Shown: positions 12,501 through 18,577 of the stretch, one piece after another
Position numbering within the stretch: the stretch's first letter is position 1
Layout of the letters: the number at the start of each line of letters is the position of its first letter
NCBI GenBank assembly: GCA_965207145.1
Contig: OZ242262.1
Coordinates: forward strand, 8,827-72,826
Source: Dehalococcoidia bacterium
GTDB lineage: Bacteria > Chloroflexota > Dehalococcoidia > Lucifugimonadales > UBA2962
Direction of reading: 5' to 3'
Length of the DNA stretch: 64,000 nt
Made by a program: the position numbers and the translations under genes
Notes under the pieces: model-generated
What the model was told of the DNA's origin: nothing
The model's database searches: none
Seen by the model: the letters and a program-made list of their open reading frames with translations, nothing else

Positions 12501-12657
12501 TGGCGCCAACGATCAGGAACAGGCCCAGCCAATGCGTGTGCCATCCAGACCGGCTTTGGCGCTCTCGCGAGGCTTCCGCCGGTGTGCTGAATTCTACGAT
12601 AGATGCAATCCGCGCCCAGTCTATGGACCGTTTCACCATATAGTCACCCATACTCAT
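1..12657 (-). CDS. Giant secreted Calx-beta / cadherin-like repeat surface protein. The N-terminus is complete; the C-terminal part runs off the left window edge (4,219 codons visible).
   Basis: The minus-strand frame whose codons end at position 1 is in phase with the ATG at 12657 ((12657-3)/3 is an integer; alternative ATGs at 12651 and 12639). No stop-delimited piece of this frame appears in the ORF track, which implies it is open to the window edge. The reverse complement of 1-340 reads ATGTITDDDATPTLSVGDVSVAEGGTAEFTVTLSAASGRDVSFSWKTAADADGDHPAGATDYTAVTATTVTIDAGDTTATLEVETTQDTMDEENETFLVQLSAAANATFADDE, a classic Calx-beta pattern. The reverse complement of 7780-7990 reads WTLEGDDDARFTIDADTGVISLPAQDFDDPKDQNTDNVYQVTARATDEDGNSDTQAVRVTVT, which is cadherin-like; similar modules lie near 6780-6990 and 5700-5900. 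The N-terminus is MSMGDYMVKRS...RSGWHTHWLGLFLIVGATLVGLFASDVSAQQ, a signal peptide. Confidence 0.85.
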   Translation of the reverse strand, partial: MSMGDYMVKRSIDWARIASIVEFSTPAEASRERQSRSGWHTHWLGLFLIVGATLVGLFASDVSAQQGPDRVPVTVSPTSVTILEGGPAQDITLTIPANSGTRERKFYYTFIPSIDITETYGSAGIYGQDFTAKVGGNTVVRQGTITLSGSSEEARTATISLEAIWDGIAEKPERFAIDFQPFNFSDPEVSFPNNKITVTITNRPLPVNVANDRGKEDWDDGATEAAKKDGKVVFRVELPTAPQGAAQTVNYAITPDAPPDFSNAASAGDYTPPAGGASGTLSFLDTKVQEIVVTPVDDNLVEGVEAFTLTLSNPSGNLEFPDQDGDGTPDTTLKAYGFIESEDTVDVTIRGGTVAEGEAARLPVTLARALRPGEHASILAEVVEPTGSHCAGGEKQAVEHVDYRAVNSQRFTFGPGDQTRHFEVYTRRDVLDENDECILVFYGNAEGLRAVDADGGQPIVETDADGNEHRYFLKELTITDDDDPPIVSVTSSTVREPDEGETAKLTYVVRLDRSSGRTVKVNYARISRAGTGLPDQATSGTDYEALSSGTLTFLPGETRKKVEVTVKGDYEKEPDEVVWISFTNAVNACFRGVPSCGGGGLISRGIILNDDDPVELTVAVDDATVLEGVSAVVRLTLSRPVPYDLSANFKTKDITATGGVDYRDLSGTAFWIHVPKGQTTGRKAIGVHDDGISGEGLETFTLEFEAGASLFLLGVAPENERVRKQLFGVNYEYADLAASVSMPTITIVDRPGLSLTVLEDKVTEGQPAHVRATLSDPSATDVTFTWKTQDGGNGADDAHTAKAGKDYTARTMQSATIPAGETSIDLPAVQTLQDTIDEGDQYFTVTVVSVTGALPDDADAVVTVRDDDSRPWMSIGDAEAVEGGSLEFTISLDAASERPVSVIWVTEDDTASVLDNDYVGVTARQTVTFAPGELSKTIVVDSQPDIEPEVDEQFRIQLAHAPHAKFRDPTAVGTIKNDDTMQVAIADAAPVTEGPGATADFVISLKPAQTSAVTVRWATSDGASGPLHSARSGGNGNQGENDFTAASGSVTFAAGETEKTVSVTVNDDDFIENTEEFRVTISGDEASIDFSNVVGYAEIEDDDALTWEIVGVLPAALPEGTTADWDDDTIYQVKIRRTAHPDEVNFPWDEFGFQVCALTRPNPRNFPGGATPRGLTVGAAGSTDVSVGKIANGEFRASLVECHERTRIGELAEIHTVQFGGTLREITFGVRPRGDSLAEGNETLSLWLYPFVGRGWSLFSPDARLGLVLTTTIIDDERPQASVSGPASVNEDAGRARFTVSLSKPHTQALEVFVDVRNGTAIAGEDYQPVREKITFAPGETAQTVDVVIFEDGRAEPVPETFTVFLEEASAGLNIHPVEGESTVEINDSTQTDLYIPDRVVDEGETVDILFNSTNPLTRLVTGLVYLTTAGVSNPAADDDVDYTGWERGRRITGYGSYPSRTVLILSGTQSWKLPVPTTEDSRVEADEDLGVLFYIASVNPPQPRYRGYFPVGGNQSYRMPRITIRNDDLGSVVVSGYSDAERLEGLDWESPVPTVSGAPLGHVTWTLEGDDDARFTIDADTGVISLPAQDFDDPKDQNTDNVYQVTARATDEDGNSDTQAVRVTVTSFPIASVAAPAAAVAEGDDPTKTTALNFPVSLSAARNSDATLTYTLGGTATGGTAEEVSDYTTPDPLEVTIPAGSTTANIVIPVKGDVVDEEDETVTVTLTGAVNAELSATAADLTATGTITDDDAPPTLSVADAEAPEGSKVAFEVTLSAASEQAVTFKWGTSDDATGANPATAGTDYTAVTTLQTVTIMAGSTTATLEVETAQDTMDEEDETFLVRLSSPTDATISDGEGEGTITDGFQITGDTSFEATENVAWSSPGDSFVIYGNPHDDVTWTLTGDDADLFTVVSISSSLSVQAQIDLPAQDFEDPKDKDGDNVYEVTLVATDTKGLSAATDVQVTVTNVSIGGVVFEPPTAVDEGNAVSFTVRVFSLIEDSTLEKITLEWNTAADADGDHPADAGDYTPVTDQTIGWPGSRGLEDVVETITVQTTQDALDEFDETFLIELNAIAKHPVHPHEVEFTILGNRDVVKLGPNATASVTATIVDNDAPPTLSVADAGASEGSKAAFTVTLSTVSARDVTFQWKTAADETDGANPAGATDYTAVTATTATIAAGDRTATLEVQIVQDAIDEHDETFLVQLSSPTNATIFDAEAVGTISDRFSLRGRAEYRVLENVAWSGEFTVAGNPTGAIAWTLGGDDADLFTVTDTSMTTPDVTRAKLSLAAQDFEDPKDKDGDNVYEVTLVATDESGLASRLNVEVTVTDVIRAAIVIHPVKPVDEGDPVTFKVQIQHINFGSPAEGDDVTLEWNTAADADGDHPAGTSDYTPVTTGTITWATTYSAPDIDKFITVQTAGDTLDEHDETFLIELNASVGNSIHSDEVHFVITDDGTDYATRGLDPRVTVTATIKDDDAQTAVVSIGDAKAVIEGDDPAATTNMSFPVSLTAASGRVVTVTYTLTGTARAPGDYTAPNPLSVSVPAGSTTANIVIPIRGDVLYEDDETVIVTLTGATNAALDEDASDLTATGTITDDDETIELSIADLTVAEGKTMVFTVSISRIAPTDVFVGWRTSPDSTGDHPAEQQKDFVYDTGIVRVKAGNTSGRLAVRTVGDTLDEHDETFLIKLSQPRNATIVDGQATGTITDDDDAPTLSVNDVSVAEGGLAEFTATLSAASGKAVFFKWKTAADADGTHAAGASDYTAVAETDATIAAGFKTVKLKVQTVQDTLGEEDETFLVQLSAAANATFADAEGQGTITDNDDAPVDDDAPTVSVAAPGAAVPEGDDPTKTTDMSFPVSLTAASGKDVTVTYVLGGSASPGSDYIKSDPLSVTIAAGATTANIVVPIKGDMLDEDDEYIIVTLTGATNAKLPDTPSQKAAIGDITDDDGTPTLSVDDVSVVEGDTAGFTVTLSAASGKAVSFSWKTAADETEDAHAAGAADYTAVGTLQTVTIYPGGLTATLEVETTQDAIDEHDETFLVKLSAAANATFSDGGDEGVGTITDNDDATAVASVGAPAAAVAEGNDPAATTNMSFPVSLTAASGKVVTVTYTLTGTAEAPGDYTAPDPLSVSVPAGSTTANIVIPVKGDVLDEDDETVIVTLTGATNAALSNTAAELTATGTITDDDATPTLSVGDVSVAEGGTAEFTVTLSAASGRDVSFSWKTAADADGDHPAGATDYTAVTATTVTIDAGDTTATLEVETTQDTMDEENETFLVQLSAAANATFADDEATGTITDNDDAPTLSVDDVSVAEGSTAEFTVTLSAASSKAVTFKWKTANATGADAAGASDYTAVGTLQTVTIAAGSTTETLEVQTTQDTLDEADETFLVQLSDATNATVADGEGQGTITDDDGTPTLSVNDASVTEGGTVAFTVTLSAASGKAVSFSWKTAADSTEGAHAAGASDYTAVGTLQTVTIAAGDRTATLEVETTQDAIDEHDETFLVKLSAAANATFSDGGDEGVGTITDNDDATAVASVGAPAAAVAEGNDPAATTNMSFPVSLTAASGKVVTVTYTLTGTAEAPGDYTAPDPLSVSVPAGSTTANIVIPVKGDVLDEDDETVIVTLTGATNAALSNTAAELTATGTITDDDATPTLSVGDVSVAEGGTAEFTVTLSAASGRDVSFSWKTAADADGDHPAGATDYTAVTATTVTIDAGDTTATLEVETTQDTMDEENETFLVQLSAAANATFADDEATGTITDNDDAPTLSVDDVSVAEGSTAEFTVTLSAASSKAVTFKWKTANATGADAAGASDYTAVGTLQTVTIAAGSTTETLEVQTTQDTLDEADETFLVQLSDATNATVADGEGQGTITDDDGTPTLSVNDASVTEGGTVAFTVTLSAASGKAVSFSWKTAADSTEGAHAAGASDYTAVGTLQTVTIAAGDRTATLEVETTQDAIDEHDETFLVKLSAAANATFSDGGDEGVGTITDNDDATAVASVGAPAAAVAEGNDPAATTNMSFPVSLTAASGKVVTVTYTLTGTAEAPGDYTAPDPLSVSVPAGSTTANIVIPVKGDVLDEDDETVIVTLTGATNAALSNTAAELTATGTITDDDATPTLSVGDVSVAEGGTAEFTVTLSAASGRDVSFSWKTAADADGDHPAGATDYTAVTATTVTIDAGDTTATLEVETTQDTMDEENETFLVQLSAAANATFADDE

Positions 12658-12667
12658 TTTACTATGC

Positions 12668-12685
12668 GGGGGGGGGGGGGGGGGG
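12668..12685. repeat. G18 homopolymer (C18 on the coding strand of the giant gene), 10 nt upstream of its first ATG.
   Basis: Direct reading: actatgc + 18 G + ctaccc. On the minus strand this is C18-GCATAGTAAA-ATG. Confidence 0.9.
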
Positions 12686-12896
12686 CTACCCTAATGCAAC
12701 GAGAATGAGTCCAAGATCCACTACCCAGCGGCAAGAATGCGATTTCGGGCCACTTGGTTGGGCCGGTGTCGGTGACGCCATCTTCACGGTGACGGCCAGC
12801 ACGAACGGGTCTTCCCCGGCTCGCGGCGCTGCCGGCAGTTTCCCCCAGAGATTCATCCACGGATTCGCCCCGTTGTCATCGCGCCTCCCCCATGTC

Positions 12897-13485
12897 TTAC
12901 GCCTCCAGCAGCAAACGAAGGGTCTGGGCCGACGTCCTCTCCTCCACCTCCGCCATGAAGACATCTGCCGATGGAAGGAAATAGTCTTCTGCGGGCCACA
13001 GGTCTCCCACAGGTGGAGGGTCGGCAAAGGTGGCAACCTTCTCCGGGTAGTGCACATAGGCTTCACGGACTCTCCGGCGCAGAGCTCCTATTCGTTCCAT
13101 GGCCTCGGCCATGCTTATCTCGTCCTCCGGGTATGACCAGGTGGTCGCACCCATGACGTCGCCCACCTGCCAGTCGGTCTTGGGCGGAGTTCGCGTCGCT
13201 GTTGTGGCAGACAACGCACGCCTCCGCCGAGGCGATGTCCGTGAACATGGCAGTCTGAAAGCCGATATCCGGGTCCAAGAAGAACTGCGGCTCGCCGGTG
13301 CGCCTGATGACCTGAAAGTGCTCTGTCTGCAAGCCGGTGAATTTGTTGGCGTCGTTGATCGGAAAGTCCGAGCCGAGGAAGAGATACAGGGGGACTGGAC
13401 TACGCCGGAGACCCTCGGCAGTCTCCCGCAGGAAGAGCGCCGGAAGCGGCCCGGCGTGCGTGGGGGTGATGGGGTCGTCCTCCAA
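12897..13485 (-). pseudogene. Single-haem c-type protein (CVVCH; tentatively Tll0287/DUF3365-like) interrupted by an apparent 1-nt frameshift.
   Basis: ORF 13063..13485 carries ...FQTAMFTDIASAEACVVCHNSDAN (CXXCH at 13204-13218) and then decays into Arg/Gly-rich sequence. The +1 frame (ORF 12897..13214) continues with protein-like TPPKTDWQVGDVMGATTWSYPEDEISMAEAMERIG... The frame switch must lie within about 13180-13203. Confidence 0.5.
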
Positions 13486-13917
13486 CTAGGTGTCCTGGTG
13501 GCAGTGGGTGCAGAAACCGATGGTGGGCTGAGTCACCCGCACCCCTTGGTGCTCGGTGTGGCAGGCGACGCACATGTGGGCCTCGATGTGCTCCCGTGCA
13601 TCGGCGAAGCGCGGCTCGAGGAAGCGGGAGATCGGGTGCCGGTCGTCAGGCCTCTCGTGGCAGTCCAGACAGGCTGCGTTACCGACATCCTCGGAGCCAA
13701 AACCGATGGTGGACTCCCGCAGGCCCAGCCAGTCGTAGACGTTGGAGTTCAGTTGCTGCGCGGCGGTGCCCGCTACGGCTGAGTGGCATTCCTGGCAGCC
13801 CAATCCCTCGTGGCCAGTGTTCATGGGCCCCTTGGCAACCAGCGCGTTGCGGTCCGGGAATGTGAGAAACGCCACCAAGAGCAGGCCCAGCGCGACGGCC
13901 GACTGCAACTCCGACAT
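13486..13917 (-). CDS. Membrane-anchored tetrahaem c-type cytochrome.
   Basis: 143 aa with an N-terminal hydrophobic helix (AVALGLLLVAFLTF) and four CXXCH motifs: CQECH, CLDCH, CVACH, CTHCH. Confidence 0.8.
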   Translation of the reverse strand: MSELQSAVALGLLLVAFLTFPDRNALVAKGPMNTGHEGLGCQECHSAVAGTAAQQLNSNVYDWLGLRESTIGFGSEDVGNAACLDCHERPDDRHPISRFLEPRFADAREHIEAHMCVACHTEHQGVRVTQPTIGFCTHCHQDT

Positions 13918-14282
13918 ACCTCCAGTGCTTCAATAACGTCCTGATAGCAGCCCCGTTCCCGAGCGGGTCCTTAAGTGCCTCAATTAGGATATGGGGCAGA
14001 CTAGGGCCGGGAATGCACGGGTGTGTCAGCACTGATCTGATGAGGACGGGGCGGAAGCGGGATTAGGATGCGGTCAGCCCGACGCAAGTTGCTACAAGCC
14101 TCGCGTCGGCTATTGACAGGCTATCGCATGGCGGATGGGGAGACGCGAGGAGAGTAGACCTCCAGTGACCAGCGCTCACGTTTCCCCGTCACTAGGCGTC
14201 ACACTACAGGTATCGCAAGTCCTTGGTGCGCCGACAGGCTGCCAAGCGACATCTCGAAGATGGCGGTATCTACCGTAAGCGG

Positions 14283-14343
14283 TGGTGGGCCAAAGTGGAC
14301 TCGAACTCTCATCGGATTGGTTCGAGTCCAGCTAGGCCCACCA
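14283..14343. repeat. Imperfect 24-nt inverted repeat whose arms resemble tRNA T-arm plus acceptor 3' ends.
   Basis: TGGTGGGCCAAAGTGGACTCGAAC - 13 nt - GTTCGAGTCCAGCTAGGCCCACCA, with 21 of 24 positions complementary. The right arm contains GGTTCGAGTCC and ends in ...GGCCCACCA. No D-arm or anticodon arm could be found on either strand. Confidence 0.5.
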
Positions 14344-14428
14344 CGCTTGACAGAATCAAGAACTTTCACATTGAGGTTCACGTTGGACTTGTAGCCGGGC
14401 CACCACCCGGATCGGCAGGGACGAAGCG

Positions 14429-15733
14429 TCAGGCCGCCTCCAGCCATAGAGACTCCAGCCCCCGCAGCGTCACCTGGTTCCGGTAGCGTGGTTCTTCGGC
14501 CAGCCGCAGGTTGCCCAGGCGTGGCAGCAGCGCCTCAAAGGCGACACGTCCCTCAAGCCGCGCCAGTGGCGCGCCGAGGCAGTAATGAATGCCCCGCCCA
14601 AAGGCCAGATGCCTGGCAGAAGAGCGTCCCACGTCCAGCCGGTCCGCGTCGGAAAAGACATGCGGGTCTCGGTTGGCCGCCCCCAGGAGGCAGAGCACCC
14701 GCTGTCCGGGAACTATTCGCTTTCCACGCATCTCAACCAGCTCACGGGCTATCCGGCTGTCCACTTGCACCGGACTATCGAAACGCAGAAGTTCATCAAT
14801 CGCTCTGTTCAGCAGCGCAGGGTCTTCGCGCAGCCTCCGGAGCTCGTTGCGATGACGCAGCAGCGCCAACGTGCCATTGCCGATGAGGTTACGCGTCGTC
14901 TCGTTTCCTGCCACCAGCACGAGCAGCAGGTTTACCAGCAGGTCGTCGCGCTCCAACCGTTCACCTTCGACCTCCGCCGTCACCAGGGCGCTGACCAGGT
15001 CGTCCTGCGGGTGGCGACGCCGTTCTTCCGCCACCGCTTCGAAATAGGTGAACACCTCATCGACAGCCCGCTGCACCTTCATCACCTGGTCTTCATTCAG
15101 CAGCGGGTCGACGATGAGGGAAACGATGTTGGACCACTCGTTGAACTGCTCGCGGTCCTCTGGTGGAACCCCCAACATCTCGGCGATGACGATGACCGGT
15201 AGGGGAAACGCGAGCTCCGCGATGAGGTCAAAGCGCTCCTTTGCCTCCACGCCGCCAAGCAAACCGTCCACCGTTTCCCGGATTCGCGGTTCCAGGGCGG
15301 CAACGGAGCGTGGAGTGAATCCGTGGGAAACCAGGGCCCGGATCTTGGTGTGTTCCGGCGGGTCCAGGTCCAGCATGCTCACCTGTGGAATGTAGCCGAA
15401 TTCCCTGCCTGCATTCCCGAACCGTCGGTTATCCCGCAGCACCATGTCGACTTCGGCATAGTCCGTCAGGACCCAGGCGTCCTGCAGACGCATCCGGTGG
15501 ACAGGATCTCTCCGCCGCAACTCCTCGTAGAAAGGGTACGGGTCTGCACGCAGTTCCCGGGAAAGGGGATTGTAGGCCACACCAGATTCGAATCGCTCCC
15601 ATGCCAGGAGAACCCGCATGGCCACAGGCCGCATGGTTCTCACAAGGTAATCGGACAACGCGTTCAATCCTTCCCTCCCCATCCCAAGTGTTGCGCGAAA
15701 CCGGGATCGTTTCTGATGAACCAACGGCGGCAC
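14429..15733 (-). CDS. Cytochrome P450.
   Basis: 434-aa ORF with the haem-thiolate loop FGRGIHYCLGAPLARLE, an ExxR-type helix K region and typical P450 length. The true start may be an internal Met (MRPVAM...). Confidence 0.9.
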   Translation of the reverse strand: MPPLVHQKRSRFRATLGMGREGLNALSDYLVRTMRPVAMRVLLAWERFESGVAYNPLSRELRADPYPFYEELRRRDPVHRMRLQDAWVLTDYAEVDMVLRDNRRFGNAGREFGYIPQVSMLDLDPPEHTKIRALVSHGFTPRSVAALEPRIRETVDGLLGGVEAKERFDLIAELAFPLPVIVIAEMLGVPPEDREQFNEWSNIVSLIVDPLLNEDQVMKVQRAVDEVFTYFEAVAEERRRHPQDDLVSALVTAEVEGERLERDDLLVNLLLVLVAGNETTRNLIGNGTLALLRHRNELRRLREDPALLNRAIDELLRFDSPVQVDSRIARELVEMRGKRIVPGQRVLCLLGAANRDPHVFSDADRLDVGRSSARHLAFGRGIHYCLGAPLARLEGRVAFEALLPRLGNLRLAEEPRYRNQVTLRGLESLWLEAA

Positions 15734-15748
15734 CGATGGCCAGCGCCT

Positions 15749-16042
15749 CTACTCGTCCAGTAAACCGTTCCGCACGGCCCAGACCAGCAGCTCCTGCTTT
15801 GTCTCAATCTTTAGCCTGTCCTGAATGCCGTAGATCGCGTTACGAACCGTCACCGGCCGGTTGCCCCTGGCTTCGGCGATCTCGGCATACGACAATCCCT
15901 GGGCAAACGGCGTGAGAATGTCCCGCTCCCTCCGGGTGATCATGCCAGGACTCGGGTTCCTCTCTCCCTGAGCCGATGTGCGGAACTCGGCAAACACGCG
16001 CCCTTTCGCCCCTGCGGGTATGCGGTACTGGCCATCCGCCAC
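15749..16042 (-). CDS. LuxR/GerE-family HTH transcriptional regulator (small).
   Basis: The C-terminal sequence ITRRERDILTPFAQGLSYAEIAEARGNRPVTVRNAIYGIQDRLKIETKQELLVWAVRNGLL matches the GerE HTH pattern. It lies immediately upstream of the P450 on the same strand. Confidence 0.8.
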   Translation of the reverse strand: MADGQYRIPAGAKGRVFAEFRTSAQGERNPSPGMITRRERDILTPFAQGLSYAEIAEARGNRPVTVRNAIYGIQDRLKIETKQELLVWAVRNGLLDE

Positions 16043-16061
16043 GTCGCGTGCCCGGCCGCAT

Positions 16062-16472
16062 TCAGGCCTGGATGCTTCTGAACATCCGGCAGCCGGTGAC
16101 GCCCAATACGACAGGCATCAGCGCGTCGATGACGGCCCAGAACTGCCCGTCAGGCTCGTTGTTGGGGGACAGGAGGCTGAACCAGTTCCAGAAGTACAGC
16201 AGGAACACGACGCACGCGGCGTAGAAGACGACGTTGGCCCCGATGTAGCGCCTGATGTCCACCGAGCCGTCGACGTCGACGCCGCGCTTTTCCACGTAGC
16301 TGGCGGCCAGCGCGATCACCATGCCGACGGCCATGAACCAGTTGAGTATCTCCCAGACGGTGAACGGCTCTTCTCCGCCGGGGTGGTACAGCGGGGTGAT
16401 GATGAAGTTGATGGCGACGGCTGCAGCAAGCAGTACGAGATAGGCCGCCGCCACTCGAATCAGGATTGACAT
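16062..16472 (-). CDS. Hypothetical integral membrane protein (about 4 TM helices).
   Basis: 136-aa ORF with four hydrophobic stretches (VAAAYLVLLAAAVAINFII, WFMAVGMVIALAASY, VVFYAACVVFLLYFW, AVIDALMPVVLGVTG). No family recognised. Confidence 0.55.
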   Translation of the reverse strand: MSILIRVAAAYLVLLAAAVAINFIITPLYHPGGEEPFTVWEILNWFMAVGMVIALAASYVEKRGVDVDGSVDIRRYIGANVVFYAACVVFLLYFWNWFSLLSPNNEPDGQFWAVIDALMPVVLGVTGCRMFRSIQA

Positions 16473-16735
16473 TGCTTCCTCCTTTGACCCTAACCTGGGT
16501 CGCTTTGCGGGGCCGTCAGTGTATCCAGCATTAGCCCTGCGCTGACAGCTCCATTGGTGCCGGATACGACCCCCGCGGAGCCGGTTGACTCCAGAGGCCG
16601 TAGGCGCCGACCGAAGCCCTCAGCAGCGTCACCTTTCGAGTGGGCGTTGACCCTCGGGCAGGAGCACCAGACCGTCTTGACCAGATTTGTACGCAGGGCA
16701 CAACACACGTGTGAGGACGTCGCATGGCGGCATCC

Positions 16736-16945
16736 TCACACGACCGAATCCGTATGTGTGGCCTTTCTAGCGTTTCCGGACTGGAGGCGAAAATGAAGCG
16801 TATCCAAGTGAAGGGAATCGATGTCCGCAGCCGCCGCCAGAACAGCGTTGAGGCTGTACCAGACCTGAAGCATCTCCGGTTCAGCGATGTTCAGTTCGGT
16901 CGCGTCGACCATGGACACAAATTCTCTCTTTGTCAGCCTATTCAA
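16736..16945 (-). CDS. Small hypothetical protein downstream of the amidase.
   Basis: 69-aa ORF co-directional with the amidase gene and 71 nt downstream of it. No motif recognised with confidence. Confidence 0.3.
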   Translation of the reverse strand: MNRLTKREFVSMVDATELNIAEPEMLQVWYSLNAVLAAAADIDSLHLDTLHFRLQSGNARKATHTDSVV

Positions 16946-17016
16946 CTGGAAACTCCCCTCTTCCCGCCGAGACTCTACACCTATAGATATCCGTCATCGG
17001 CCAGGAAGCACCCTAT

Positions 17017-18444
17017 CTAAATGGGTGGTCTCCGCAGATGCCATGCGGTTGCCCGCTGGTAGGCGTCAGCCACCCTCAGCACCATCGCTTCATCGCCCGG
17101 CTTGCCAGCAATTTGCATGGCCAGTGGCAAATCAGCGCCTCCATGGCTGACGAAACCACAACAGATCGACAGTGCCGGGCCGCCTACCAGGCTGAACAGC
17201 GCCCTTAGGTTGTCGCCCATCAGCTCAGAGGCCGCCTCCTGCTCACCGTCGAAGGATGGGTTGGGTTCTATCTTCTCCGCGGTGCCTGCCATCGTTGGCG
17301 TCAACAGTACATCGACCTCTTCAAAGGCATTCAGCGTCTGTGCCCGGATCATTGACTGCAACTTCTGTGCAGTGCAGTAGACGCTCGCGGGCAGCAGTTC
17401 AGCTGCCAAAAGCTGCACCCTGTTATATGGATCAAAGTCGTCTGCTTGATCACGTAGCCAACTTGACACCAGACTGGCGCATTCAACGGCGATGATCACG
17501 TGACTTGCGAATCCGGCGTGTTTCGCCAGCGGAAGGGAAACCTCGCTTACCTCTGCACCTAGACCGGATAGCACCCTTGTCGCCGAGGCAATGCCGTCCA
17601 GCACTTCAGTGCTGGCGCCCGACCCTTCAGCGTCAAGCATTTCCCGTACCAGACCGATTCTCACCCCCGCTGCATCTCCGGTCAGTGAGGCCAGGTAGTC
17701 TGGCACGGGAGTATTCCAGGAGTACGGATCTCTGGGGTCATGACCCGCGACCACGCCCATGGCCGCTGCACAGTCCTCGGCCGTACGGGCAATCGGACCA
17801 ATGGTGTCCATGAACCTGGATGCGCCGATGAGACCATATCTGCTCACCCTGCCCCACGACGGTCTAAGACCGGTGAGTCCGCAGTTGGCCGAGGGATTTC
17901 TGATTGATCCGCCGGTATCGGCGCCAAGCGAGGTAGGACACATGAGAGCGGCCGTGGCTGCTCCTGAACCCGAACTGGAGACCCCCGGCGTGCGTGTGAG
18001 ATTCCATGGGTTGCGCGTCATCCCGGATGCCGATGTCGCGAAGTTACCGAAGGCGAGTTCAGACATGGTCGTCTTGCCGACTATGATCGCGCCCGCCCGT
18101 TTGAGGTTGCGAACCACCGTGGCGTCCTCGGTTGGGACGAAATCTGCCCAGAGGGCAGACCCACCCGTGGTCTGGACACCTGACATGTGAATCTGATCCT
18201 TGATCGCCACGGGAACGCCGTGAAGAGGTGATCGAATGGTGCCGTTGCCGAGTTCCCTATCCGCACGGCGTGACAACTCCAATGCCTGATCGTCAAGCAC
18301 GGTGACAAAGGCATTCAGCTTCGGGTCTACGCTATCGATGCGGTCGAGGTGAGCTCTCGTCACCTCAACCGACGAGACCTCGCGCCGGCGCAGGAGACCA
18401 CCCAGTTCTATCGCGGAAAGCTGAATGATCTCCTGCTTATCCAA
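17017..18444 (-). CDS. Amidase-signature family amidase (GatA-like).
   Basis: 475 aa with the amidase signature GVSSSGSGAATAALMCPTSLGADTGGSIRNPSANCGLTGLRPSWGRVSRYG. Confidence 0.9.
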   Translation of the reverse strand: MDKQEIIQLSAIELGGLLRRREVSSVEVTRAHLDRIDSVDPKLNAFVTVLDDQALELSRRADRELGNGTIRSPLHGVPVAIKDQIHMSGVQTTGGSALWADFVPTEDATVVRNLKRAGAIIVGKTTMSELAFGNFATSASGMTRNPWNLTRTPGVSSSGSGAATAALMCPTSLGADTGGSIRNPSANCGLTGLRPSWGRVSRYGLIGASRFMDTIGPIARTAEDCAAAMGVVAGHDPRDPYSWNTPVPDYLASLTGDAAGVRIGLVREMLDAEGSGASTEVLDGIASATRVLSGLGAEVSEVSLPLAKHAGFASHVIIAVECASLVSSWLRDQADDFDPYNRVQLLAAELLPASVYCTAQKLQSMIRAQTLNAFEEVDVLLTPTMAGTAEKIEPNPSFDGEQEAASELMGDNLRALFSLVGGPALSICCGFVSHGGADLPLAMQIAGKPGDEAMVLRVADAYQRATAWHLRRPPI

Positions 18445-18577
18445 CGGCCCGTTCCTGAACGATTACGACCCTAAAGACTCACTGTGAGGTGAATGCATGA
18501 CCAGTAACGTCCAACCATGTGCTGGGACGTTACCTTATGCCCCGCCAATCACGAATGTCCGTCGCATTCACAGCCAC

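Noticed and set aside
12654-12860. 68-aa ORF reading through the poly-C tract as a real gene or as the N-terminal extension of the adhesin.
   Set aside because: It has no signal peptide and no recognisable fold, and it is out of frame with the adhesin at the observed tract length. It is kept only as a frame relationship noted in the homopolymer finding.
13483-13488. TAG stop of the tetrahaem cytochrome followed immediately by the next ORF: possible read-through, pyrrolysine or a fusion.
   Set aside because: There are no Pyl genes or a PYLIS-like context in the window. One adjacent stop/start pair is insufficient evidence, and a simple annotation or indel issue is more likely.
14283-14343. 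A functional tRNA gene.
   Set aside because: Only T-arm and acceptor-like segments are present. The distance between the complementary acceptor halves is about 58 nt, with no D-arm or anticodon arm on either strand.
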